64,000 nucleotides of DNA, taken from assembly GCA_024346625.1 (NCBI GenBank), contig AP024665.1, positions 1,302,001-1,366,000 on the forward strand. Direction: 5' to 3'. The position numbers were made by a program, and so were the translations under genes. Under the pieces are notes generated by a model. That model had not been told where the DNA came from. It saw nothing but the letters and a program-made list of their open reading frames with translations, and did not search any database. Below are positions 30,515 to 40,956 of this stretch, piece after piece. This DNA comes from Williopsis jadinii (lineage: Eukaryota). How positions within the stretch are numbered: the first letter of the stretch is position 1; each line of letters begins with the position of its first letter.

Positions 30515-30860
30515 ATGTATTCAACTTTGTAATTGAAGGGTTTCTCTTGGTTTCAGGTAATAATTTACGCAGTATATATGTAATTTGGGGAGCTGCTGTA
30601 GCGTTGTAGATTGTTTGTTCATCGAGCATTGTATGTCTGGTGCGTGCACAGGTCGTGTGCGTGTGCCTGGACAGCTTTTCAGCCTGGGCTCAGCTTTCCG
30701 CCAGCACCACCACCAGCACCACCGCGTCTCTCCCTGCCTACGCCAGAATGGCCCCCGCCCGGCTCTCTGCCCCCGTAAGCTCTGCCCTCCTTTCCCGCCT
30801 GCTCACGCACGCTAACAATGGGATCGTCTCGTTGGGCTGAGATTTCTCCCTCCCCGGCCC

Positions 30861-30890
30861 GCTGCTGCTGCTGCTGCTGCTGCTCCTGCT
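30861..30890 (+). repeat. (GCT)n microsatellite in GC-rich promoter
   Basis: gctgctgctgctgctgctgctgctcctgct. Confidence 0.85.
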
Positions 30891-31007
30891 GTCGGCTTAT
30901 TTTCCCTCTCTCTCTCTCCACTGATATCGACGGATGGGTTAATATGCCATAGCAGAAAGCAAGAAGAAAAGGGACAGCGGACGAAGAAGAAGAACATCAA
31001 CACAGTG

Positions 31008-32606
31008 ATGAGTGCTATTGTTGAATCTGACGACGAATGTGTGATTGTCGATGAGCTGGTGGGCGCAGAGCTGATGATTCAACCACCTAAGTATCCTGGT
31101 AATTACTCCGCTAGGAAGCAGAAGCGTTGGTCTCAGGGAAGCCGTAACTCTCAGAGCTCAGGACAGATACGGACTGATGCAGTGCACTCCCGTCTACAGC
31201 CTAACCATATCTTCCCTGCACAGCTGTACTCGACGGAGTCTGGCCGCCTGTTCCACGCCGGCAAGGTGTTGATCTGCCTGGTGGGTCTTCCAGCAAGAGG
31301 TAAGACCAGGCTCTCGGTGTCCTTGACGAGATACCTCAGATGGTTGGGTGTCAAGACACACACCTTCCACGTGAGTGACTACAGAAGAGCAAAGTATGCC
31401 AATTTTGAGGATGATATACCGGACGACTACTTCAGAGCCGAGCCAACATCGGAGGAAGGTGTGAGGATGCGCCAGAGTATCTTGCAAGACTGTCTGGATG
31501 ATATGCTCGGCTTCTTTGAGAAGGATAAAGGCCAGGTTGCGGTCTATGATGCGTTGAACGTGCTGAAGAAGGACCGTGAGCTTGTGCAGGAGCTGTTCTC
31601 GAAGAACCACATCAAGGTGCTGTTCATTGAGAGTATTGTTGATGATCCTTCTGTCATCAACCGCAATGTGCAGAACGCCGCTGCGTCGCCAGACTACGAA
31701 GGCTGGGACCCTGCGAAGGCCAGAAAGGATTACCTGAAGAGAATCAACGCCAATGCTCCCATCTACCAGCCTATGAACGAAGACGGTGATGAGTCTCACC
31801 TGCGTTACATCAAGTTTATCAACTTTGGTGAGAGATTGATCACCAACAATAGCCAATATGGTTATCTGGTGAACAGAATCGTGTTCTTCTTGATGAACTC
31901 AAGAATCAAGACCGGATGTGTATATTTTGCAAGATGCGGTAAGAGCGACCTGGATAAATACGTTGATGATGAAGTGTTGAACGAGGAAGGTTTACAGTTC
32001 TCTGAGACATTGGCTAACAAACTGCTTGATACAATCGCAAAGAGGAAGAAGGGCAGCCCTGTACCAGTCTCGTTGAATGCAAGCTCAGGATCATCAACAG
32101 ATACTCTAGAGAAGCATGCGTTTAGACAACCACCAACAGCTGATGGTACGAACGACGATTCGTTTGTTGTTTGGACAGCTACTCGTAAGAGAACCTCTGC
32201 CACTGCTGATCCGTTCAGAAGACGTGGTATTACGGTCCGTGAACGTTATCAGCTCAATCAGTTGAACCCAGGTGAGATTGCAGACCTGACACTGGAGGAA
32301 GTGAAGCAGAGATTCCCAGATGAATGGGCACAAGATCAAGACGATCCATACCATCACCGCTATCCACGCGCAGAGTCCTTCCATGACCTTGCGGTGAGAA
32401 TGGAGCCTCTCTTGTTGGAGATGGAGCGTATGAGTGGTGATATGCTCATCATTGCTCATGAATCAGCACTGGCTGTGTTGTATGGCTATTTGATGGCATG
32501 CTCTTGTTATGAGATTCCATCGTTGCAGTTCCCAAGAGACGAGCTGGTGGAGATCTCATACTCACCCTACGAGAACCATGCCAGACGCATCAATATCAAC
32601 GACTAA
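31008..32606 (+). CDS. 6-phosphofructo-2-kinase/fructose-2,6-bisphosphatase-like protein (YLR345W orthologue)
   Basis: QLYSTESGRLFHAG, VGLPARGKT..SLTRYLRWLGV, DPYHHRYPRAESFHDLAVRMEPLLLEMER; adjacent to RPL26 as YLR344W-YLR345W. Confidence 0.9.
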   Translation: MSAIVESDDECVIVDELVGAELMIQPPKYPGNYSARKQKRWSQGSRNSQSSGQIRTDAVHSRLQPNHIFPAQLYSTESGRLFHAGKVLICLVGLPARGKTRLSVSLTRYLRWLGVKTHTFHVSDYRRAKYANFEDDIPDDYFRAEPTSEEGVRMRQSILQDCLDDMLGFFEKDKGQVAVYDALNVLKKDRELVQELFSKNHIKVLFIESIVDDPSVINRNVQNAAASPDYEGWDPAKARKDYLKRINANAPIYQPMNEDGDESHLRYIKFINFGERLITNNSQYGYLVNRIVFFLMNSRIKTGCVYFARCGKSDLDKYVDDEVLNEEGLQFSETLANKLLDTIAKRKKGSPVPVSLNASSGSSTDTLEKHAFRQPPTADGTNDDSFVVWTATRKRTSATADPFRRRGITVRERYQLNQLNPGEIADLTLEEVKQRFPDEWAQDQDDPYHHRYPRAESFHDLAVRMEPLLLEMERMSGDMLIIAHESALAVLYGYLMACSCYEIPSLQFPRDELVEISYSPYENHARRININD

Positions 32607-32849
32607 GCTTGTCAACAGATTTTAATCAATCAGCCATACACAATAACTACATGTCTTGTAGGGACTCTTCAACTTGAATTAAAGAGATCACTGAATAACC
32701 ATGAATAAAGACGGAAACGAAAATCGAAAATAATAACCAATCAGCTGGGTACCCTCCCAGCTTTATGTGTGCTTGTGTGCAATGTGTGCAGATATATAAT
32801 GTGTTGCAATAGTGTGAATACATCTATTTGATTCTTCCGGAGAGTGAAA

Positions 32850-33368
32850 TCACTTCTTCTCCTCTGGCTTAGTCCACAACTTCTTCAACAGGCCAGTGAT
32901 ACCGACATCGTTGGACTCGATCTGGTAGATACCATACGCGGCGATTCCGGTACCAAAGGTCAACAGCCACATGGCGTAGTCGTGCTGCTTCCCGTACACT
33001 CTGGTTGGGATGTAGTCAATGATACAGGATTGGAAGCCAATCCAGGAGTGTGCGAGTATGAAGGTTGCAAAGGTGGCATCGAGAACCGGAGCAAACGAGC
33101 CAGTGACGAATGGAATAGTGGCCAACGGAACCATACCGATGGCAATCACTTTCTCAGCGCTCCAATGGAGCGAGCCATGGCTGTGGGATGGCTTTGGCCC
33201 AACGTACGCATCGTTAACGGTACCAACAATGTAACCTGGAGGTTGTGGGTAGTGCTTGAGGAATGGGATATCCACCTTGCGTGAAGCAGAAGTGTGAAGA
33301 GCAGCGGTGGAGGCTGCGATGTTAGAACCAACGATTCTGGAGGATCTCAGTCCGACTCTGGCAAGCAT
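32850..33368 (-). CDS. SDH4: Succinate dehydrogenase membrane anchor (CybS)
   Basis: PQPPGYIVGTVNDAY..HGSLHW..E, HSWIGFQSCIIDYIP.RVYG, ESNDVGIT. Confidence 0.95.
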   Translation of the reverse strand: MLARVGLRSSRIVGSNIAASTAALHTSASRKVDIPFLKHYPQPPGYIVGTVNDAYVGPKPSHSHGSLHWSAEKVIAIGMVPLATIPFVTGSFAPVLDATFATFILAHSWIGFQSCIIDYIPTRVYGKQHDYAMWLLTFGTGIAAYGIYQIESNDVGITGLLKKLWTKPEEKK

Positions 33369-33804
33369 CTCTAAACTGTTGTGGATACGACTGACGATTT
33401 GGTGCTAGGAAGGAGAAGAGTGAAACAAACCCCAGGTCAAGGGAAGAGGAGGAAGAAGAGACTCACAGTGAAAAAGTGTGCTTTGATTATTTTCCACGAC
33501 ACGCTGATTGGCAGTCAGCCAACGGCTCCGCAATTGCGAAGTATCGGTGTTTAACTCGGAGAAGCCCTCAACCGGATGACCGCCCCGGTGAGACTCGGGA
33601 GAACGGTGTGTGGCTAATGAGCGCAGCGGGGTGTTCGATTATTTGTGCGGGACACACAGCTTCGCTGTGTGCCATGCTGTGATTTGCTGATTTGAGCCTC
33701 TCTTCACGGTGTGGGTCATGAGCTACAAGGCCTACATCGATTGTCTCTGTTCCAAGCGGAGGTGTCGTGTAGTGAGTCATAATGTAGTGAGTGCGATGTG
33801 GTTC

Positions 33805-36800
33805 TCAGTGCTTGCGTACTGTATCATCGTGTGCGTCGGAGCTGCTGTGGCTCTTGTTGCTGTTGGGAACAGCCTCTGATTCCGAGTCTGAGATGGCCTC
33901 TTCAGTGTGAGAATGGTTGTGGCAGTACTTCTCCAGTACGGTTTGTAGTTGCTTCTTGTTGACAGGCTTCTCCAGCACGTCGTTGAAGTATCCCGAAGAG
34001 ACGGCTTCCTTGTAGTACACTGTTACCGCAACGACGGGAGTGTCCGAGTTCACACTGGAGGTGTGTCTCAGCAGCTTCACGATGTCAACAACCTCCACTC
34101 TGTGGACACGAAGAGTGGTGATGATCAAGTCGAATTTGACGGATCCGGACGCCCTTCTTATCAACTCATCGCCTGCGCTCACGGCTACAACAGCACACCC
34201 AAGACTCTCGAGATCCTTCTTCAGAGAGTACCGTAGAATGGGGATTGACTCACACAGCAACACGTCAAGCATGTGGACCTTAGACCCAGACCTCTCGGAC
34301 ATCTTCGAGGATTGTCTTCTGCGTCTAACTCTTTCGAGAGCAGAGGTCCTCGAGTCCTCGTTATCTGAACTTGAAGGCGAAAACTCGGACATGGGCTTGT
34401 GGAATAATCCGGATCTTGATCCTCTTGAATGGCCTGGTCCATAACCCGAGTTTGGAGTAAGTGGCTTGGAAAATGCCCTTGTGGATGGTGAGCCAGAATC
34501 GGTACTCGGCGTAGATCTTCCAGAGGTTTCATAAAAGGGGTAGTCATCAGCAGAGGAAAGAACAACAGGAGGTGGTGTTTGCGTCACAGATGCGTGCTGG
34601 GCAATCACTCGACCAGGGGAGTGTGATCTAGCGATCGATGGTGAAGATGACCTCTTAAATGCCGACGGAGACGTCATTGAATGATGTCTGGAATCAGAGG
34701 ACGAGCTCGAGAAGCTGCTTCTATGCTCCATGTGTTCTGCTTTGATTCTGTTTATCACATCTTTATTGGCCTTATCCAGCACAGGTAAGTTTCTAAACTG
34801 GAATGAGCCGAACTCGTTCGAGCCATCACTCAATCTACTCGGTCTTCTCTCACGTAGATGAATTGGAATAGCCAAGGATAAGTGGTTCTTGCCCATTGTG
34901 GGTGAATTTGCAGAGGATGGGGACCCTTGTGAAGTAGTACCGCCGTGTTCTTTCTTTAAAGTAACTTTATCTGTTCTCGATGCCTCTGAGCTTGAACTTG
35001 GTTCATCATCCATAGGAAATTCAATCATATCAGCGCCTCTTGACTCGAAATACTCTGTACTTTCAGGATCATCAAGCATAGGTACAAATCCACTCTCTGC
35101 TCTCCAAAGATCATCCCAATTGACTCCTTTAAAATAGGGGTGGTTTTTTATTTCTTCGGCACCATTAGACCCTAGTCTCTTTTCAGGGTCCATTGTCAAT
35201 AACTTCGATATGAGATCCTTGGCTTCAGGAGAACAAAGCTTAAGTTCTTCCTCTGCACTCAGCTCAGGCCAATGAATCTCTCCTTTCAAAATATTCTGGA
35301 ATACTTTTTCCGGTGTAGATGCGTGGAAAGGAGGATAGCCAAATATAAACTCAAACAAAATACACCCAACAGACCACCAATCAGCTGCAGCACTTTCTCC
35401 AGTGCCACGAATGGTTTCTGGGGCAAGATAGTCAGGAGTTCCAACAAACTTCTTATTCTTAGAAGTGTTCTCTGGATCAAAGAGTACGAAGTTTTTAGAG
35501 CCTGTAGAAGCAGGAGACGGTGTCTCATAATCCTGTATCACAAATGACGTATGAGAGGAAGATCTATGCATCGGCTTCACTGTACCAGGAGTATCAGGTA
35601 TTGTAGCTGATATAGATCCTGGGTTTGAACTGTGATTTGATCCTGGAGTTGATCCAAACATAGAACTTCCAGATCCTTTCCGTATTTCATTCTTGATAAT
35701 GCTTTCAAAAAAACTCTGGTTAGGACTGGTAGAAGCCGATTCGCTAACACTCCCTGATAAAGCAAGAGCACTGATAGAATCGCTGCGTTGCCTGTGGGCA
35801 GTAGGCATCGTGGATTGGCCAAAGGCTTCTTCACTAACCGATCCTTTGCCAGCAATTCTCTCTTGACGTCTAATCAATCCCATGCGGGAAAGGCCAAAAT
35901 CGGTTAACTTCAAGTGTCCACTGGAATCTATCAAAAGGTTGTCCGGTTTCAAATCATGATGAACGATACCCTTTTGATGCATATCATCAACACCAGCAAT
36001 CACCTCAGCGATATATTGCCTTGACCATTCTTCTGGAAGACCACCTAACATTCTTACAAGGGTTGAACAATCACCTCCAGGCAGATACTCCATGACCAAA
36101 AAGAGATAATCTTTACTCTGAAAACTTGAAAACAACTTTGCAACGTAAGGACTGTCAGATTGTGCCATCATGATTGCACGTTCTGCTTTCACGTTTGTAA
36201 CTTGGTTTTTTGAAATCATATCAGACTTCTTCAACACTTTGATAGCAAAATACTCTCCTGTGAGTTTCCTTATAGCAAGATAGACACTTCCAAATGCACC
36301 TTTACTTATAGGTTTCACAATTTCATAGTCTTTGATTGATGGCGCAACAGGTTTTGGAACAGGCATTCCAACAAGTAACGGAGAGAGTGGAGGCTTTATC
36401 GAGCTTACGGGCAACTGTTCATTGTAACTTCCTTTCTTCTCCATCATTACACTCTCGTGTGCCAACAGTAACGGTGAAGAGATCGGAGTGCCAGACATAC
36501 TGTCATGTGGATAAGTCCGACTATTACGTTGTATTGAGCTCATTGGTGAGTTCTGGAAAGGTTGGCCGATCCCTGGTGACGGCTTCCGCTGAGGTGTCAA
36601 CAAAGGACTCTTGACATGAAGCTCTGAGAAGCCTGGAAATACAACCTGTTGTTCCACACCTGAACTATCTGATATTGCAGCTTCTGTTCCTGGTGTGATT
36701 GATCTCGCTGGAGAGAAGCGGCCTTTGTTTTCGGAAAGATCCTCTCTATGTGAAGCTGTGGGACTTGGCAAAGAGTCTGTGCCGAGATAAGCATCAGTGA

Positions 36801-38364
36801 ATATATTCGTGTGAACTGATACAGGTCTCGGATAAGCGATATTTGTAGCCTGCGAAGATACATCGGAAGAATGGTCTAATGATGTGACAGAAGGACCACG
36901 ATTCAATACTGGTGGTTTGACATCAGAGGTTTGGTTTCTAATATTTCTGATAGTGTCTGTAATTATCTGGAGAATCAACTCATCGACTTCATCTTTGATC
37001 TTCTGTGAATAGACAAGAGAACTGTTAAGTCTATCAATAGCGTCCACTTTCTCTTGGACAAGTTTTTCCGTATCTTCTGTCAAAAGACTGATTGCTGGAT
37101 CCGAAGAAGAAGGGATTGTATAAGCATCAACTTCATCCAGGGCCTTCTTTGTATTTGGTGAAAATGTAAAGGTGTTTGTATCCTCGTCGAAATCACTTGG
37201 ATTGATGGCAATTGCAGTCTCGCAAAGTTCGTTCAGAAGAGAGAGGGTCTTAAATGGAAACCGAAGCGGTCTCATTATGGACCCTGATCTTGGTTTTCTA
37301 GATATTGGACTAGAAGACTTGTTTGACTCGATAGTAGAAACATGAGGCAATGGCTCACCTTTGTAGTTGTCAACTGATCCCACGGATCCTGAAGATTGGG
37401 CATGTAGAGAGTCTGTTATGACGCCTATAAGTTTCTTCTGCTCTATTAGCATGTCATGAACCATTTCAACGTCACTTTGGCATTTGTGCTCGTTATAGCA
37501 AAGTTGAGAATGTCTTTCTAGCCACCACGAGGGCACAGGCTGCTCACATATACGGCACAATACGTGTGGTGGCGAGGGCACGTCTTCTTCATTGATGATA
37601 CCATAATCGGAGAGTGATTGCAAGAAAGATGCAAAAATATCAGCACCGAATCCTAGTGAATCTGCGAGTTTTGATGGAAGCTTGACATTCAAAGAATTTG
37701 CATAGAATGGTTTCAATATCCACATAGAATGTGTTGGAATACCTTTGCTGTTATGGATCAGGATTCCCTGGCCTTCAAGTTCAATGACTTGTCCATTAGT
37801 GGACAGTGAGCTCAAAGACTCTTCGTCAGTACCTGACTCCTCAGTGGAGTATGTGCTTCCCGTAGTTGAACCAACTTCTTCAGCATCACCATGGGAATCG
37901 GTATCAGCACTGTCTGCGTGCTCCCCCTCTGCCGCCGTCTCCTCTCCTTCACTGGCCTGCTGATCAATATCTTCTTCGTCTGGCAGTGCGTCATTGGTGG
38001 AAACGACAAACCGCACTCTGTAGCTCTCGTCATCCCCCATCATGATCCCTGTGGCGTCAACAAACACATGCTTATCCTCCTCAGAGCCCAGAATTATATT
38101 CGAGATCGGGCGGTCGATGATCTTAGCAATACGGGTCCCCACAACAGACTCCCACGCCTTGCTCAGGTGTCTCACATTGCCATCCAAGTCCAGCTCTAGC
38201 AGTATACTCGGGTTCTTGCCGCTGGCCTGTGCCAAATCTTCATGTGGATCTGAGTCATCGAGGTCTTGAGATGGCCCGATAACCTCAATGGGTACATCAT
38301 CCAGGTCGCTTACGATAACCGACGGCGTGGACCCCCTAGAAGGGTGCGTTGGCCTTGCCGCCAT
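33805..38364 (-). CDS. RIM15: Greatwall-family kinase Rim15 (PAS, CCHC finger, split kinase, receiver domain)
   Basis: LLELDLDG PAS, LCRICEQ..LERHSQLC, PSIKDYEIVKPISKGAFGSVYL, FVGTPDYLAPE, C-terminal REC domain. Confidence 0.97.
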   Translation of the reverse strand: MAARPTHPSRGSTPSVIVSDLDDVPIEVIGPSQDLDDSDPHEDLAQASGKNPSILLELDLDGNVRHLSKAWESVVGTRIAKIIDRPISNIILGSEEDKHVFVDATGIMMGDDESYRVRFVVSTNDALPDEEDIDQQASEGEETAAEGEHADSADTDSHGDAEEVGSTTGSTYSTEESGTDEESLSSLSTNGQVIELEGQGILIHNSKGIPTHSMWILKPFYANSLNVKLPSKLADSLGFGADIFASFLQSLSDYGIINEEDVPSPPHVLCRICEQPVPSWWLERHSQLCYNEHKCQSDVEMVHDMLIEQKKLIGVITDSLHAQSSGSVGSVDNYKGEPLPHVSTIESNKSSSPISRKPRSGSIMRPLRFPFKTLSLLNELCETAIAINPSDFDEDTNTFTFSPNTKKALDEVDAYTIPSSSDPAISLLTEDTEKLVQEKVDAIDRLNSSLVYSQKIKDEVDELILQIITDTIRNIRNQTSDVKPPVLNRGPSVTSLDHSSDVSSQATNIAYPRPVSVHTNIFTDAYLGTDSLPSPTASHREDLSENKGRFSPARSITPGTEAAISDSSGVEQQVVFPGFSELHVKSPLLTPQRKPSPGIGQPFQNSPMSSIQRNSRTYPHDSMSGTPISSPLLLAHESVMMEKKGSYNEQLPVSSIKPPLSPLLVGMPVPKPVAPSIKDYEIVKPISKGAFGSVYLAIRKLTGEYFAIKVLKKSDMISKNQVTNVKAERAIMMAQSDSPYVAKLFSSFQSKDYLFLVMEYLPGGDCSTLVRMLGGLPEEWSRQYIAEVIAGVDDMHQKGIVHHDLKPDNLLIDSSGHLKLTDFGLSRMGLIRRQERIAGKGSVSEEAFGQSTMPTAHRQRSDSISALALSGSVSESASTSPNQSFFESIIKNEIRKGSGSSMFGSTPGSNHSSNPGSISATIPDTPGTVKPMHRSSSHTSFVIQDYETPSPASTGSKNFVLFDPENTSKNKKFVGTPDYLAPETIRGTGESAAADWWSVGCILFEFIFGYPPFHASTPEKVFQNILKGEIHWPELSAEEELKLCSPEAKDLISKLLTMDPEKRLGSNGAEEIKNHPYFKGVNWDDLWRAESGFVPMLDDPESTEYFESRGADMIEFPMDDEPSSSSEASRTDKVTLKKEHGGTTSQGSPSSANSPTMGKNHLSLAIPIHLRERRPSRLSDGSNEFGSFQFRNLPVLDKANKDVINRIKAEHMEHRSSFSSSSSDSRHHSMTSPSAFKRSSSPSIARSHSPGRVIAQHASVTQTPPPVVLSSADDYPFYETSGRSTPSTDSGSPSTRAFSKPLTPNSGYGPGHSRGSRSGLFHKPMSEFSPSSSDNEDSRTSALERVRRRRQSSKMSERSGSKVHMLDVLLCESIPILRYSLKKDLESLGCAVVAVSAGDELIRRASGSVKFDLIITTLRVHRVEVVDIVKLLRHTSSVNSDTPVVAVTVYYKEAVSSGYFNDVLEKPVNKKQLQTVLEKYCHNHSHTEEAISDSESEAVPNSNKSHSSSDAHDDTVRKH

Positions 38365-38718
38365 AGTGAACGTGCGCTAGCCCGTAGCGCCCTTGTATGT
38401 GTGCTGTTGTTGTGCTCCTTCTTCTGAGAACACCGCTTAGGCCTGTGTACCTCCTGTGAAAGATATCAACTCCCTAAACGCAAACAGAAAACAAATCCAG
38501 CGAAAGCAATTGAGCCTGCAAACACACCAATGCCACGAGATTTGTTCAATCGCTTTGATCTGCTGAGACCACACAGTCAACTTCAACGGATCTCTCTGTG
38601 TTTCCCCTTTGCAAGGAGCTGGATTGTACCTTTGGAACAAAAAAATCACAAGTGTGTCACCGCTTAAAATGCGCAACTTCTTTGGCAGTTCACCGCGATG
38701 CTGTGTGCTCCTGCAACC

Positions 38719-38757
38719 GGCTTCCCCAGCTGGCCTCCCCAGCGGGCCTCCCCAGCT
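38719..38757 (+). repeat. 13-bp tandem repeat x3, each containing a CCCCAG (Mig1-type GC box), upstream of RIM15
   Basis: ggcttccccagct ggcctccccagcg ggcctccccagct. Confidence 0.8.
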
Positions 38758-38918
38758 TCCGTGGCAGAGGCCCGCGCAAACAGGGCTTCCCGGTGGGTTT
38801 TAGTGGGCTACACCCTACAGCGTTGGCGGCGTCGCCCTAGAACGCTAGCAGACTACAAATGACCAATGAACATTGTCAGCTCTGGCCATGAAGCCTTTGC
38901 AGAGTTGCCTATGGCGAA

Positions 38919-40079
38919 TTATTTGGGGCCTACGTACGGCTGGACCTTCTCCTCAAGCAAGGTCACTTTATCGCCAACTTTCACCGTGTAGCCTTCGTCG
39001 AGGTTGATGGCGTACATGCCGAGGAAGTGCAAATGTTTGTCGCCTGAGTCCACCTTCCTGTACGAGCTTAGGGTCTTGGAGACAGCCATCTTTTTATCCA
39101 TGACTCCTTCATCGAGCTTCATATTCGGAACAGAGCACCGAGGGCACTTCTCCGTGGCATTCCAGTAGTGGTAGCCGGTATCGGTTTCCATGCGGAAACG
39201 GTACCAGTTGTCCAGCGATTGGTATGGCAGCTTCAGGCCTTTGACCACCAAGTTTGGGCGGAAATGCAGGGCTTTGGCCTTGAAGTCCAGTCCCTTGGAG
39301 ACGATCTTGGAATTGAGGGTGTCAATGTCTTCCTCTGCCAGGAACTTCATAGGGTAGTAGTCCTGGAAATACGTTGTGCGGAAGCTCTTGAGAATGCCAC
39401 TTGGATGGCCAGTTTTAACACTTTTAGGCTTGGAGGCGTATAGCAGAGTTGATCCGGGTCTGTTCAGCTGCATCGAGATCTTGAACTCGTCTGGAAGAGC
39501 CTTGCCGATGTCGATTGAGCTGAAATGGACATCCCAGAGATTCGTCTCGTGGTCGGAATCGTCATTTCTGTTCTGCGCAATGAACTCTGGAGTGACGTTA
39601 CATGGGAGTCTGAAGCTCTTCTCGCCAACGGTCTTTCCCTCCATATCAATAACAGGGTAGATAAACTCAAAGTAGTTCTCCTTCAGATTGTAGTCAATCT
39701 TAACAAGTGACAGTCTCGTGGCGTTACGGAGGGTATAGGCCTCATATATCTGCTTCTTGGGCTCCCAGAAGGCAAGCATGTACTGTCTATCATGTTTGAA
39801 CCCATGCTCATCAATCTCCCACTCATTTGGCTGAATGTATGAACACGACTTGATCGGGAAAACAAAGATCTTCGACACCTCCAAGGTGTACAATGGCTTG
39901 CCAAAACGCAACAGAGCAATGGTCTTGAAACGGATGTTACTCAGCAGTCTTAAGATAGCCCCTGCTTTGGTTTGCTGTGAAAGAGTGACATTGAAGAACT
40001 TTGCAAAATCAGGTAGAAATATAAACCCAATGACAAAGCCAACAACGACAGTGTACAGGGAAGTCAAGGAGAACAGCAT
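38919..40079 (-). CDS. MOSC-domain protein (mARC/YcbX-like molybdoenzyme) with N-terminal membrane anchor
   Basis: VSKIFVFPIKSC, GFKHDRQYML, FQDYYP, FRPNLVVKG, KCPRCSVPN, FLGMY, VKVGD motifs; hydrophobic N-terminus. Confidence 0.9.
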   Translation of the reverse strand: MLFSLTSLYTVVVGFVIGFIFLPDFAKFFNVTLSQQTKAGAILRLLSNIRFKTIALLRFGKPLYTLEVSKIFVFPIKSCSYIQPNEWEIDEHGFKHDRQYMLAFWEPKKQIYEAYTLRNATRLSLVKIDYNLKENYFEFIYPVIDMEGKTVGEKSFRLPCNVTPEFIAQNRNDDSDHETNLWDVHFSSIDIGKALPDEFKISMQLNRPGSTLLYASKPKSVKTGHPSGILKSFRTTYFQDYYPMKFLAEEDIDTLNSKIVSKGLDFKAKALHFRPNLVVKGLKLPYQSLDNWYRFRMETDTGYHYWNATEKCPRCSVPNMKLDEGVMDKKMAVSKTLSSYRKVDSGDKHLHFLGMYAINLDEGYTVKVGDKVTLLEEKVQPYVGPK

Positions 40080-40457
40080 CACTCAGTTGATCAAGCAGCA
40101 CACTCACACCGTCTTGATGGTGTATAATTGGTAAGAATTATGATTTGTCACGAATTATGTCCAACGTTATCAGGATCTCCGGTCTACTCCACAGTCCTCC
40201 TGCTAACACTTTCCTCTTATGGTAGTTCTGTACGTGCCTCAAGGAAAGACTCTAAAACCGGAATTAAAAGTTATTAGAGAAGCAATAATGTATGTGCATA
40301 GTAATTGTGGGGTCAATTAATAGCATAAGTGACCTTATAGTAGTTGATATCACCCTCTCTAATGATAAACTTATACTTTATCAATATTCTAGCTAATCTC
40401 TTCTCCCAGCTCGCGCACTATTGGTGCACCACATCAAATTTGATTTTCAACGTAAAT

Positions 40458-40530
40458 GCTTCACTAGCTCAGTCGGTAGAGCGTCAGTCTCATAATCTGA
40501 AGGTCGACAGTTCGAACCTGCCGTGGAGCA
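40458..40530 (+). tRNA. tRNA-Met(CAT), elongator type
   Basis: GCTTCAC/GTGGAGC-A acceptor; TCAGT-CTCATAA-TCTGA anticodon arm; GTTCGAAC B-box; followed by T7 Pol III terminator. Confidence 0.96.
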
Positions 40531-40956
40531 TTTTTTTGTCATTTTTTTGCGATCTCATAGTGTACATATACTTGCATCGTTGCTGTGGTGTTTGATTTGA
40601 ATGCTGCGCGTATCAAATATTTAGTTTGGTGTTCGGGTGTATAAACACAAAAACAATAACAACAACAACAAAGTATTATATCTGGTATTGTTTATACCCA
40701 CGGTAACTAAGCTCTTGCAATTATCCATATCCCTATACGCTTCATAAACTGCTCCATCAGGGTTCCACTGCTTGCCTTGAAGATATACCAGCAGTTTCGG
40801 TGGAGTTGTCATTGGTATCTTCGTGTTTAATTATCAGCCGACTTACTCTTGTTGATTTAAGGACTTTTCTATCATTGAATCAGAAACACTCTTAGACGTT
40901 TCTTCTTCCCGCTCTTTCTGTTTACTCTGCATGCCATATTCTCAACCATCTAGAAC

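Noticed and set aside
31270..31310. CUG codon reassignment (Ser or Ala)
   Set aside because: CTG falls at conserved hydrophobic positions, e.g. IC-L-VGLPARGK here and C-L-W in the zinc finger, consistent with Leu.
31194..31856. Long antisense ORFs (also 14023-14658, 32844-33284, 49470-49955 and others)
   Set aside because: Shadow ORFs opposite well-supported genes, with no independent motifs.
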